Shown piece after piece: positions 1-8,507 of a DNA stretch of 64,000 bases; the stretch's first letter is position 1; each line of letters opens with the position of its first letter. Both the position numbers and the translations under genes were made by a program. Location of the stretch: the NCBI RefSeq assembly GCF_902168135.1, contig NZ_CABHOL010000043.1, forward strand, positions 19,969 to 83,968, written 5' to 3'. The notes beneath the pieces are model-generated. The model had not been told where the DNA came from. It saw only the letters and a list, made by a program, of their open reading frames with translations, and made no database searches. The stretch is from an uncultured Fluviicola sp. Its GTDB lineage: Bacteria > Bacteroidota > Bacteroidia > Flavobacteriales_D > Crocinitomicaceae.

Positions 1-2
1 GT

Positions 3-1259
3 CCGGGTGTAGCTTCTTCGGGAATGATGCGCGAATATATCCTGCGTCACCGAAACCCGGAACGAATCCGGGAAGCGCACCCTGTTTTACTGGATATCAT
101 GCCGGATACATATGGAGTGATGGTTTACCAGGAAGACGTGATAAAAGTTGCTAACCAGTTCGGGGGATTGGATTTGGCAGAATCGGATGTACTGAGAAGA
201 GGAATGTCGGGAAAATTCAGGTCGCGTGATGAGTTTTTACTGGTTCAGGGAAAGTTCTTCGAAAACTCAAGAAAACGTGGTCATTCGGAGAAAGATATCC
301 GGGAAATCTGGCGGCAGATAGAAAGTTTTGCAGGTTACGCCTTTTCCAAAGGGCATTCCGCTTCGTATGCGGTGGAAAGTTACCAGTGTTTGTACCTGAA
401 AGCTTATTATCCGTTAGAATACATGGTTGCAACCATCAATAATTTCGGAGGGTTTTACCGCACGGAAGTATATGTGCTGGAAGCTAAGAAACTGGGAGCA
501 GTAGTCGAAGCACCATGTATCAACACGAGCAGGGGGGAGACCATTATCCGGGGTACCGTTATCTACCTGGGATTTCAGCACATTGCAGGAATTGAACTAA
601 AACACCTGCAGCGCCTGGTCAGTGAGCGGGAATCGGGAGGTGAATTTACCGGGTTCAATGATTTACTGCAGCGTATAGCACTTCCATTGGAGCAGCTTTT
701 GTTGCTGATTCGTGTAGGAGCACTGCGTTCATTCGGAATCCCGAAGAAAGAGCTGATGTGGAGTGCTCATTTGAACTTTCATAAAGTATTGGTGAAATCA
801 GAAATTCAGCCCGAATTGTTTTTACAGGAAAGCCGTGAGTTCGTTTTTCCGGAACTGAGTGAAACAGATTTCGAAGAGGTTTTTGAGCACTTGGAATTGC
901 TGGATTTTCCATTGTGTAATCCATTTGCTATACTCGAAGAGAGCCCACTTGGGTATGTCCTGGCAAAAGACCTGAAGAACCATGTGAACCGGAAAATCCG
1001 TGTTTACGGATACTTGATCTCGGTGAAAAAAATTGTGAGTTCAAAAAACCAAATTGTGCATTTTGGAACCTTATTCGATGAAGAAGGAGAACAGCTGGAT
1101 ACTGTTCATTTTCAGGATGCTGCTTTGAAATATCCTTTCCGCGGAAAAGGAATTTATGCGATTGACGGAAAGGTAACCGAAGAGTTCGGACATTTTACCA
1201 TTGAAGTGGAAACCATGAACAAAGTATCTTACCGGGAAGATGTCCGCTACACAACCTGA
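3..1259 (+). CDS. dnaE: DNA polymerase III alpha subunit, error-prone DnaE2-like type (3' part; 5' end lies before the window)
   Basis: Frame is open from position 3 (PGVASSGMMREY). Typical DnaE motifs: TYGVMVYQEDV, FAGYAFSKGHSASYA, YLKAYYPLEY, HhH region, C-terminal OB fold (VYGYLISVKK...HFGTLFD). The protein ends right after the OB fold, as in DnaE2-type paralogues. Confidence 0.88.
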   Translation, partial: PGVASSGMMREYILRHRNPERIREAHPVLLDIMPDTYGVMVYQEDVIKVANQFGGLDLAESDVLRRGMSGKFRSRDEFLLVQGKFFENSRKRGHSEKDIREIWRQIESFAGYAFSKGHSASYAVESYQCLYLKAYYPLEYMVATINNFGGFYRTEVYVLEAKKLGAVVEAPCINTSRGETIIRGTVIYLGFQHIAGIELKHLQRLVSERESGGEFTGFNDLLQRIALPLEQLLLLIRVGALRSFGIPKKELMWSAHLNFHKVLVKSEIQPELFLQESREFVFPELSETDFEEVFEHLELLDFPLCNPFAILEESPLGYVLAKDLKNHVNRKIRVYGYLISVKKIVSSKNQIVHFGTLFDEEGEQLDTVHFQDAALKYPFRGKGIYAIDGKVTEEFGHFTIEVETMNKVSYREDVRYTT

Positions 1260-1392
1260 ATATAAAACAATTGTGTTATATTTACAGCTGGAAAATAATT
1301 TTATGCAAATAAGATTAGACAACATAAATCATTAAAAAAGTTGTACTTTCGTCCAATCAAAACTACGCTACGCATCTAATCAAGAATGTTAC

Positions 1393-1920
1393 ATGAAATT
1401 GTTTAATTTTTTCAAGTACAAGAAAATACAAGTTGAAGATAAAGAGCCACTGATCGTATTGGATTCAGGGGAGGATATATTTGAAAAAATTCAACAGGAA
1501 TTTATCAGCAAAGCAACTGCAAATGCTGAGAAAATTGTACGGGCATTTAATACAAAATACGATGGGGCTTTTGATTATTCAATCCGAAGTTTGAACGTAT
1601 TGGATAGTTTTATTGAGGACTTTTCGGATTTTGCAGATCTTTCCGATGAAGAGATTATCGATGATTTTTGTGTACAAACAGGGTCATATATCCTGGAAGT
1701 TGCCAGGAGGACCTATGGCGGAGTCTATTTTTGGGAAGATCATTTGAAACAGCCGATGCTGAAAACGGGACTTCCCGAATTTGAAATATCCATTCTGACA
1801 TTTGAAAAAGTAAAGAACCGTATCGTCAACGGAGATGAAGACAATATCCCGTACTTTTTTAAAAGATATTCGGAATGCGTTCGCAAAGCCGAAAAAGGAA
1901 ACATTGTAACATTTGTATGA
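1393..1920 (+). CDS. Hypothetical protein, 175 aa, acidic, with FDYSxxSLxxLD...GSYILEV...YGG motif
   Basis: Clean ORF with AT-rich upstream region. The motif resembles small acidic DUF3806-like proteins (recognition only). Confidence 0.6.
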   Translation: MKLFNFFKYKKIQVEDKEPLIVLDSGEDIFEKIQQEFISKATANAEKIVRAFNTKYDGAFDYSIRSLNVLDSFIEDFSDFADLSDEEIIDDFCVQTGSYILEVARRTYGGVYFWEDHLKQPMLKTGLPEFEISILTFEKVKNRIVNGDEDNIPYFFKRYSECVRKAEKGNIVTFV

Positions 1921-2003
1921 TATAGTTCAATTGTTCAATTTAGATTTACTTAAACAAATTTGAACCGTTTGAACCGTTTGAACCGTTTGAACCGTTTGAA
2001 CCC
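1921..2003. repeat. GTTCAA/TTTGAAC intergenic element with (TTTGAACCG)x5 tandem array
   Basis: TAGTTCAATTGTTCAATTTAGATT...CTTAAACAA, then five 9-bp units at 1959-2003, between convergent genes. Confidence 0.9.
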
Positions 2004-2006
2004 TTT

Positions 2007-3260
2007 TTAACTTTTAACTTCTCCCTTGGTTGCCGGTTTTTTCTTCCCGTAAAACTTCTTCTTATTGCGATTTTTGTTTTTGCCATTCGGAGCAGCCCCA
2101 CTGCCGCCCGCTTTCCATTCCGGTACGGGCCCAAATTCTTCCGGAAGTGTTACCCGCTGGATTTCCATTTCTATCAGGCGTTCGATGCGTGATAATTTCG
2201 GCATGTCTTTTTGATTGATCAGCGTAAATGCCTCACCTTTCGTATTGGCACGTGCTGTTCTTCCGATGCGGTGTACATAATCTTCAGCGTCTCTCGGAGC
2301 ATCGTAATTGATCACCAGGTTGATTTCCTTGATATCAATCCCACGACTCATCACATCAGTTGCAACTAAGATACGCGTCCGTTTGGAGCGGAATCCTCTG
2401 AGTACTTCTTCACGTTCTTCCTGTTCCAGGTTGGAGGAAACACCTTGTGTATTCTTATATCCGGCTTTTCGGAGTGCATAAACGATCTCATGAACTTTGC
2501 TCTTTGCCGATGTGAATATGATAATGCTGTCGTAATTAGCACGTTCTTTCAAAATAAAATCGAGTACCGCATTTTTTTGTTCATCAAAAGCAAAGATTAC
2601 ATGTTGTGTAACCCCTGCAGCAGGCTTCGAAATGGAAAGAGCAATTTCTTTCGGGTGGATCAGGATCTTAGATGCCAGGTTCTTAATCTTGGCAGGCATA
2701 GTAGCGCTGAAAAGCAAAGTCTGCCGTTTTTTGGGAAGATGAGAAATAATCCGTTCGATATCATCTGAGAATCCCATGTCCAGCATTTTATCCGCTTCAT
2801 CCAGGATCAGATGTTCCAGCTGAGAAAAATCAACATACCCCTGCATCATGTGAGACAATAATTTTCCGGGAGTAGCCACAATAATATCCGTCCCTTCAAC
2901 CAGGGCACTTTTTTGTTCTTCCCAGCGGGCACCGTCACCACCACCGTAAATGGCGGTCGATCCCACCGAAACGAAGTAAGACAAACCCTGGATTTCCTGC
3001 TCTATCTGAACGGCAAGTTCACGTGTTGGAACAAGTACCAATGTATTAATCGAAGCATCTTCTTTTCCGGTCAGTTTGTGTAAGATCGGAAGAATAAACG
3101 CTGCGGTTTTTCCTGTTCCCGTTTGTGCACACGCTAAAAGATCGTGATTGGCGATTATTTCCGGGATAGCAAATTGCTGGATTGGAGTTGCATTTTCAAA
3201 GCCCATATGGTCAATGGCTTCCAGGACCAACTCATTTAATCCTAATTCATTGAATTTCAT
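2007..3260 (-). CDS. DEAD-box ATP-dependent RNA helicase (RhlE-like)
   Basis: Motifs ATPIQ (Q), AQTGTGKT, PTRELA, TPGKL, DEAD, SAT, RGID, HRIGRTAR, and a basic C-terminal tail. Confidence 0.95.
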   Translation of the reverse strand: MKFNELGLNELVLEAIDHMGFENATPIQQFAIPEIIANHDLLACAQTGTGKTAAFILPILHKLTGKEDASINTLVLVPTRELAVQIEQEIQGLSYFVSVGSTAIYGGGDGARWEEQKSALVEGTDIIVATPGKLLSHMMQGYVDFSQLEHLILDEADKMLDMGFSDDIERIISHLPKKRQTLLFSATMPAKIKNLASKILIHPKEIALSISKPAAGVTQHVIFAFDEQKNAVLDFILKERANYDSIIIFTSAKSKVHEIVYALRKAGYKNTQGVSSNLEQEEREEVLRGFRSKRTRILVATDVMSRGIDIKEINLVINYDAPRDAEDYVHRIGRTARANTKGEAFTLINQKDMPKLSRIERLIEMEIQRVTLPEEFGPVPEWKAGGSGAAPNGKNKNRNKKKFYGKKKPATKGEVKS

Positions 3261-3264
3261 AAAG

Positions 3265-3272
3265 CAAATTTA
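3265..3272 (-). promoter_or_regulatory. Bacteroidetes sigma-A -7 element (TAAATTTG) for the helicase gene
   Basis: Matches TAnnTTTG; 4 nt upstream of the ATG at 3260. Confidence 0.6.
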
Positions 3273-3393
3273 GCTAATCTTATTGACGCGGTAATGCTTT
3301 TTGAGGATTACATGTTTTCCTAATAAAATGTTAAATTCCGAAAAAAAAGATTTTTCACGCAACTAAATAGTTACTATATCCGTTTAGTCTTCA

Positions 3394-3401
3394 TAGATTT
3401 G
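3394..3401 (+). promoter_or_regulatory. Bacteroidetes sigma-A -7 element (TAGATTTG)
   Basis: Matches TAnnTTTG; 4 nt upstream of the ATG at 3406. Confidence 0.6.
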
Positions 3402-3405
3402 CGTT

Positions 3406-5217
3406 ATGAAGAAAAAACTTTTAGGTCTTATGTTTGCCGTACTTGCCTGGAGTACAGCAGAATCACAATGCGGACAGTATCCCGTATTGAATATAGGGAA
3501 CGACACCATGCTTTGCCAGGGTGAATCCGTGACATATACAGTTCCTTCAGGGTATGATTCTTATAACTGGAATATCGGTACAGGAAACCAGACCAGTGTA
3601 ACGATTACTTCTCCGACAACCTTAATCCTGAATGTAGCGAATTATACGCAAAATTTAGTGGTGAACGGTGATTTCGAATCGGGTGACAACGGGTTTACTA
3701 CGGGGTATGGCCCCGGGACCGGAGGGAGTTTCGGATTGCTTACAAATCCAAGTACTTATGCAATAACAACAAGTCCGAATCTTGTACACAATAATTTTGG
3801 AGCATGTAGTGACCTGGGGACCACCGGACCGGGAAATATGATGGTGGTGAATGGGTCGGATGTCCCAAATACAACCGTTTGGTCCCAAACAATCACTGTT
3901 GATCCGAGTACCGATTACTCATTCTCAGCATGGGTGACGAGTGTCGAGAACATTACTCAACCCAATGTTGCCATTTTACAGTTTTTTATTGATGGTGTTC
4001 AGATCGGACCGGTTTTTAGTCCTACGCTTTTATCTTGTGATTGGCAGCAATTTTCTCAAATCTGGAATTCAGGAAGTAATACTTCCGCAACAATTAGTAT
4101 TGTAGCCCAGGTTTCCAGCGGAAATAATGATTTTGCACTGGATAATATTACATTTAATACTATTTGTCCGCAATCAGATACGATTGTGATTTCTTATGAT
4201 CCTGCTCAGATCAGTGCCGGACCGGATATTACTTTTTGTGAGAACGAACCGGAAACTATCACCGCGACAGCTAACTTTGCAAACCCTAATTTTACATGGG
4301 TTTCAGGACAAACAGGGGCTACAATTGCTCCGACCTCTTCCGGGAATTATGTGGTTCAGGCGGTATCACCGAATGGATGTACTTTAAGAGATACGGTTGA
4401 AGTAACAGTGAATGCAATGCCATGGGATTTCGATACTGTTGCCCAGATTCCTTCGGAATGCGGAACCAACACAGGGGCGGTTTATGTCTTGATGAACGGA
4501 ACTTTCAATGGCCAGCAGCCAATTTATACCTGGAATGGTCCGGGAGCAAATAACCCGAACCAGATCAATGCTTCCGTATGGCAGAATTTATCTCCGGGTT
4601 GGTATTATATCGATGTGGAAAGTAACGGATGCCACAGAAATGATTCTGTACTGGTAACTCCTTTGAATCCGCCGGTAGCTGATCTTTCAGCAACTCCAAC
4701 ATCGGGCTATGGACCGCTATCGGTTAGTTTTACCAATGGAAGCACCAACGCAAACAGCTTCGATTGGAATTTTGGAAATGGGAACGCTACAACTACTACA
4801 GATCTTTCTTCTCAGAACCAGGTGTATGATTCAGTGGGGACCTACCTGGTTACGCTGGTTGCAGTAAACGGTAACTGTACGGATACGGCAAGTGTTCTTA
4901 TAACCGTTATACCGCCGCCGGTTATTCCACCGATTGTGCCTGTAGACTTGAAGACTCCGAATATCTTCACGCCAAACGGAGACAACGTAAATGACTTCTT
5001 CACATTCGAATTGCTGAATATCAAATCATTGGATGTTACGATCGTAAACCGTTGGGGAAATCCGGTGTATACCTCCAGTACAATTCCATTTATCTGGAAC
5101 GGAAAAGATGCTGCCGGAAACATGATGGAAGATGGGGTTTACTTTTATAAGTACACTGCAAAAGGAGCTCAGGATGAACCGTTCGAAGGACAGGGATTTG
5201 TACAGCTGATTAAATAG
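3406..5217 (+). CDS. T9SS type B sorting domain (gliding motility-associated C-terminal domain) surface protein with CBM-like and PKD domains
   Basis: Signal peptide; NLVVNGDFESG CBM-like domain; PKD repeat (VSFTNGS...FDWNFGNG...YDSVGTYLVTL); C-terminal PNIFTPNGDNVND...NRWG...WNG...DGVYFY...GFVQLIK. Confidence 0.9.
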   Translation: MKKKLLGLMFAVLAWSTAESQCGQYPVLNIGNDTMLCQGESVTYTVPSGYDSYNWNIGTGNQTSVTITSPTTLILNVANYTQNLVVNGDFESGDNGFTTGYGPGTGGSFGLLTNPSTYAITTSPNLVHNNFGACSDLGTTGPGNMMVVNGSDVPNTTVWSQTITVDPSTDYSFSAWVTSVENITQPNVAILQFFIDGVQIGPVFSPTLLSCDWQQFSQIWNSGSNTSATISIVAQVSSGNNDFALDNITFNTICPQSDTIVISYDPAQISAGPDITFCENEPETITATANFANPNFTWVSGQTGATIAPTSSGNYVVQAVSPNGCTLRDTVEVTVNAMPWDFDTVAQIPSECGTNTGAVYVLMNGTFNGQQPIYTWNGPGANNPNQINASVWQNLSPGWYYIDVESNGCHRNDSVLVTPLNPPVADLSATPTSGYGPLSVSFTNGSTNANSFDWNFGNGNATTTTDLSSQNQVYDSVGTYLVTLVAVNGNCTDTASVLITVIPPPVIPPIVPVDLKTPNIFTPNGDNVNDFFTFELLNIKSLDVTIVNRWGNPVYTSSTIPFIWNGKDAAGNMMEDGVYFYKYTAKGAQDEPFEGQGFVQLIK

Positions 5218-5253
5218 AAAAAACCGCAACACTTATATTAAGGCGGGTTTGGA

Positions 5254-5724
5254 TTATTTCCGGGCCCGCCATTCTTTTAGAGTCAATTCCTGGTCCTCAA
5301 CCACATCGTAATAGTAGATGCTGTTATCCGGGTAAATGCGGAACTCAAAATAAGTTGCCAAAGCTTCTCCATTATCTTCTGCAATTGAAATACCGTAATA
5401 TTCCTGGTCATCGGATGGCTCTGATGATATCCTGCCTACCAGATGGCGCTTCCCTTTTGATTCGCGGTCTATTTTATCGGATAATGCCTGTACTTCAGGA
5501 AGCTTCCAGATCTCATCAATAAGCTTATCTTCGGTTTTGGAGACCTTTACATGTGTGTCTTTTTTGGGTTTTGGAGCCTGGATTTCCTGCTCTACTTTCG
5601 TTCCGTCGATGGTTTTTTCAGTTTCCGTCGGACTGGTTGTTAGTTCCTTTTCCTCTGAATTGTCACCACACGAAAAGAGGATCGTGCTGAATAGGATTGC
5701 TGCTATTGGTTTGTAATTTTTCAT
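5254..5724 (-). CDS. Hypothetical lipoprotein
   Basis: Lipobox ILFSC followed by an acidic/low-complexity linker and a small globular domain. Confidence 0.75.
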   Translation of the reverse strand: MKNYKPIAAILFSTILFSCGDNSEEKELTTSPTETEKTIDGTKVEQEIQAPKPKKDTHVKVSKTEDKLIDEIWKLPEVQALSDKIDRESKGKRHLVGRISSEPSDDQEYYGISIAEDNGEALATYFEFRIYPDNSIYYYDVVEDQELTLKEWRARK

Positions 5725-5779
5725 ACCACAAGTTAATTATAAATCCGTATATTTAAGTGATAAGTTTAACACCTGTGAT

Positions 5780-6400
5780 ATGAAAATAGTGATCGGATTA
5801 ATAGCATGTTTGATTAGTTCAATGAGTTTCGGACAAATTGCTTTGGGAATGCCCGAGTATAATGTGGTCTACCGCGGATACGACAATAAGTTTGAGATAG
5901 GGGCAGGTGAAGATTCCCGTTTTGTGGTATTGGAAAGCACGCAGGCAGAGGTTTTTAGAGGCGATTCTTGTTTTTATGTCAGACCAAATGGTCCGGAGAA
6001 AACAATAACCATAACGATGAAGAACCTGAAAGAGAATAAAGTGCTTAGAACATACGAATACCGAGTGTTGAATTTACCGGTTCCTTCTGTTTACGTGGGG
6101 AGTGCTTTGGAAGGAACAACCGTAGTTACATTGGATCAGGCTGAAGTACGCGTAGGGTATGAGGAAAATGCAGTATTGCAAAGTGCGGGGTTTGATGTAA
6201 TTAGTTACGAAGTGACATCGGTTTCTATTGCAAATCCGCTTCCGGCCATTACCGGTTCGAAGATTACTCCGGAAGTGATGGAAGCATTAACCAAAGCAAA
6301 AGCAGCTAACAAAGGAAATCAAATAACTTTCAACCTGGTTGTTCAGGCAAAGGGAAAAGACGGATTGATCCGAAAAAGAACGGCAGCGTTTATTTATTAA
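5780..6400 (+). CDS. Secreted protein resembling GldM/PorM C-terminal domains
   Basis: Signal peptide; YNVVYRGYDNKFEI resembles the GldM NVVYRGVxNP motif; later LPVPSVYVG and SYEVT segments are also GldM-like. Confidence 0.6.
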   Translation: MKIVIGLIACLISSMSFGQIALGMPEYNVVYRGYDNKFEIGAGEDSRFVVLESTQAEVFRGDSCFYVRPNGPEKTITITMKNLKENKVLRTYEYRVLNLPVPSVYVGSALEGTTVVTLDQAEVRVGYEENAVLQSAGFDVISYEVTSVSIANPLPAITGSKITPEVMEALTKAKAANKGNQITFNLVVQAKGKDGLIRKRTAAFIY

Positions 6401-6453
6401 TAGTTCAAATGTTCAAATAGATTCGCTTAAACAACCCTTTGATCTCTTTGAAC
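6401..6453. repeat. GTTCAA/TTTGAAC intergenic element (copy 2)
   Basis: TAGTTCAAATGTTCAAATAGATTCGCTTAAACAACCCTTTGATCTCTTTGAAC aligns with 1923-1976 and starts right after the stop codon. Confidence 0.8.
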
Positions 6454-6505
6454 TTGCTATTATCAAATTGATTTTGAAGAAAGAAATGTTTCGTTAAAGT
6501 TTTGC

Positions 6506-6513
6506 TAACTTTG
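6506..6513 (+). promoter_or_regulatory. -7 element TAACTTTG
   Basis: Exact TAnnTTTG, 4 nt before the ATG at 6518. Confidence 0.6.
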
Positions 6514-6517
6514 CGCC

Positions 6518-7759
6518 ATGATTCCCGGATTTTCTCGATTTACGACTCTTTTAGTGTTCTTTTTTTTGCTTTTTGGCTGTCAGACAAATGTTAATGTGGC
6601 TACAAAAAAGAAGAAAGAAATTCTGTCGAATGAATTTCAGTTCCCGAAGTTCAACCCGGTTCCCAAATCATTTGTGCCACATTACTACGACAGTATCAGC
6701 CAGTTTTACAGGAACCACATTGCAGAAGATTTTAACGGAATGTTCCTGGTTGCAAAAAACGGGGAAATCGTCTATGAACGCTACAAGGGAACGGCAAACT
6801 ATCAGTTTAATAAACGGATTGATAAGCACACACCGCTGCATGTTGCTTCTATTTCCAAAGTTGTTACTGCAATTATAATCTGCAAATTAGCTGATTCCAA
6901 TCAATTGGTACTGGACAAGGATATTCGTTCATACCTGCCGGAAATTATGTACAGTGGAATAACTGTGAGAATGTTATTGAACCACCGAAGCGGAATTCCT
7001 TATTACGGCTATTTTCCTTACTCAATCTGGCCTGCGGATAAAAACCTGACCAACCAAAAAATTGTCCAGCTTCTGAATACCTACAAAATGCCTTTGTATT
7101 TTCCGGCAAATTCGCAGTTTTCTTATTGCAATACCAATTACGCGTTATTGGCTTTAATTGCTGAGCGGATTACACATAAGAAATTCCCGGTTTTGGCAAA
7201 AGAGCTGATTTTTGAGCCTTTAAAAATGACGGATTCGTTTATTAACGACGGATCCCAAAATTCAGATTCACTGGCCCGTTCGTATGATTCCCGAAAAAGA
7301 CTGGAGCCATTTACCAATCTGGACGGAATTTACGGAGATAAGAATTTGTATACTACAGCCAGGGATTTGTTAAAGCTGGATAAGGCAACTTATTCCGATG
7401 TGTTTTTGAGCGATTCGATCAAGAAACAGATTTTCCGCGGGTACAGCTATGAGCGCAAAGGGAAAAGTAATTATGGTTTGGGTTACCGGATGCGTGAAGA
7501 CAAAGGAAAATCGACTTTGTTTTTTCATACAGGCTGGTGGCATGGGAATACGGGGTGTTATGCTTCTCTTCGAAAGGATACCATTTGTATGGTAATTATT
7601 TCGAATCACTACACCAAAAAAGTTTTCGGAATCAATCGTTTGTCAACACTTTTTGGAAATTATCCTTACGAACCTTTGATAGACACCAAAGAGAATTTTA
7701 TTAAACCGAATGCAGCTATCCGGCATATGGGTGAAGCAGTTCGAAAAAAGAAGCCATGA
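6518..7759 (+). CDS. Serine hydrolase, beta-lactamase class C / AmpC-like family lipoprotein
   Basis: Lipobox LFGC; SxxK (ASISK), LLNHRSG, YCN (FSYCNTNY), HTG (FHTGWWHG). Confidence 0.88.
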   Translation: MIPGFSRFTTLLVFFFLLFGCQTNVNVATKKKKEILSNEFQFPKFNPVPKSFVPHYYDSISQFYRNHIAEDFNGMFLVAKNGEIVYERYKGTANYQFNKRIDKHTPLHVASISKVVTAIIICKLADSNQLVLDKDIRSYLPEIMYSGITVRMLLNHRSGIPYYGYFPYSIWPADKNLTNQKIVQLLNTYKMPLYFPANSQFSYCNTNYALLALIAERITHKKFPVLAKELIFEPLKMTDSFINDGSQNSDSLARSYDSRKRLEPFTNLDGIYGDKNLYTTARDLLKLDKATYSDVFLSDSIKKQIFRGYSYERKGKSNYGLGYRMREDKGKSTLFFHTGWWHGNTGCYASLRKDTICMVIISNHYTKKVFGINRLSTLFGNYPYEPLIDTKENFIKPNAAIRHMGEAVRKKKP

Positions 7760-8139
7760 AGCCGGGGATAAAGGATTTGTGTTACTGTGGCAGCCAAAGA
7801 CCATTTGGTGAGTGTTGTGAACCTTTCTTGCTGGGAGCTGCTTTACCGGTAAGTGCGGAAGAATTAATGCGCTCCCGGTATTCGGCATATGTAACCCGGA
7901 ATGTTCCATACATTTTGGAAACAACTTCACCGAAATACAGAAAATACTACAATCCGAAAGCAATCCTGGAATGGGCTTCGAACAGTACATGGATCAGCCT
8001 GGAAATCCTGTCGTCCTCTGAAAAGCGCGTACAGTTTGTGGCGACTTATCTGGATGAGAAAGGACAGCTTACACACCATAAGGAGGATTCCCGTTTTGAA
8101 AAAATCGGAGAGCGCTGGTATTTTATGGATGGGAAGTGA
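7756..8139 (+). CDS. ychJ: YchJ family protein (SEC-C motif + NTF2-like)
   Basis: CYCGSxxxFGECC, AEELMRSRYSAY, H.EDSRF...WYFMDG. Confidence 0.85.
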   Translation: MKPGIKDLCYCGSQRPFGECCEPFLLGAALPVSAEELMRSRYSAYVTRNVPYILETTSPKYRKYYNPKAILEWASNSTWISLEILSSSEKRVQFVATYLDEKGQLTHHKEDSRFEKIGERWYFMDGK

Positions 8140-8145
8140 TTTTTT

Positions 8146-8225
8146 AATTACGAATTACGAATTACGAATTACGAATTACGAATTACGAATTACGAATTAC
8201 GAATTACGAATTACGAATTACGAAT
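8146..8225. repeat. Perfect heptamer tandem repeat (AATTACG)x11
   Basis: Eleven units at 8146-8222 plus AAT, starting 6 bp after the ychJ stop. Confidence 0.97.
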
Positions 8226-8507
8226 CTAGTTATTCCACACACTTGTGAGAAAATTTTTCGCTGAGGTTTCAGGTGTCTAAAAAGTTAGGTTTTCAGGTCT
8301 TTTTCGAGTCTGAAATGTTCTAAAACCCAGTAAAACCGCTTGTTAAATTTTACTACAAAAGACGCTATATAGTCGGGTGTAAGTCGGGTATTCCTGCCTT
8401 GATTTATGCTCTATCCTTTCAGTACCTATGAGTTCCTTTTTTAGTGTTTCAGAGGTTACATTTTTGTGAAGTGTAAACTATTCAGACAATGCCCAATTAA
8501 TCGGGGA

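Noticed and set aside
1946-2134. 62-aa ORF with GSNGSN repeats
   Set aside because: It overlaps the helicase 3' end, and the repeats are the translation of the TTTGAACCG array.
8146-8225. Tandem repeats as a possible CRISPR array
   Set aside because: Contiguous 7-9-bp units with no unique spacers and no cas genes anywhere in the window.
8230-8239. DnaA-box-like TTATTCCACA (possible oriC)
   Set aside because: A single imperfect match, with no cluster of boxes and no origin-associated genes.
7901-8248. 115-aa ORF ending in NYELRIT repeats
   Set aside because: It overlaps ychJ out of frame, and the repeat peptide is just the translation of the (AATTACG)n array.
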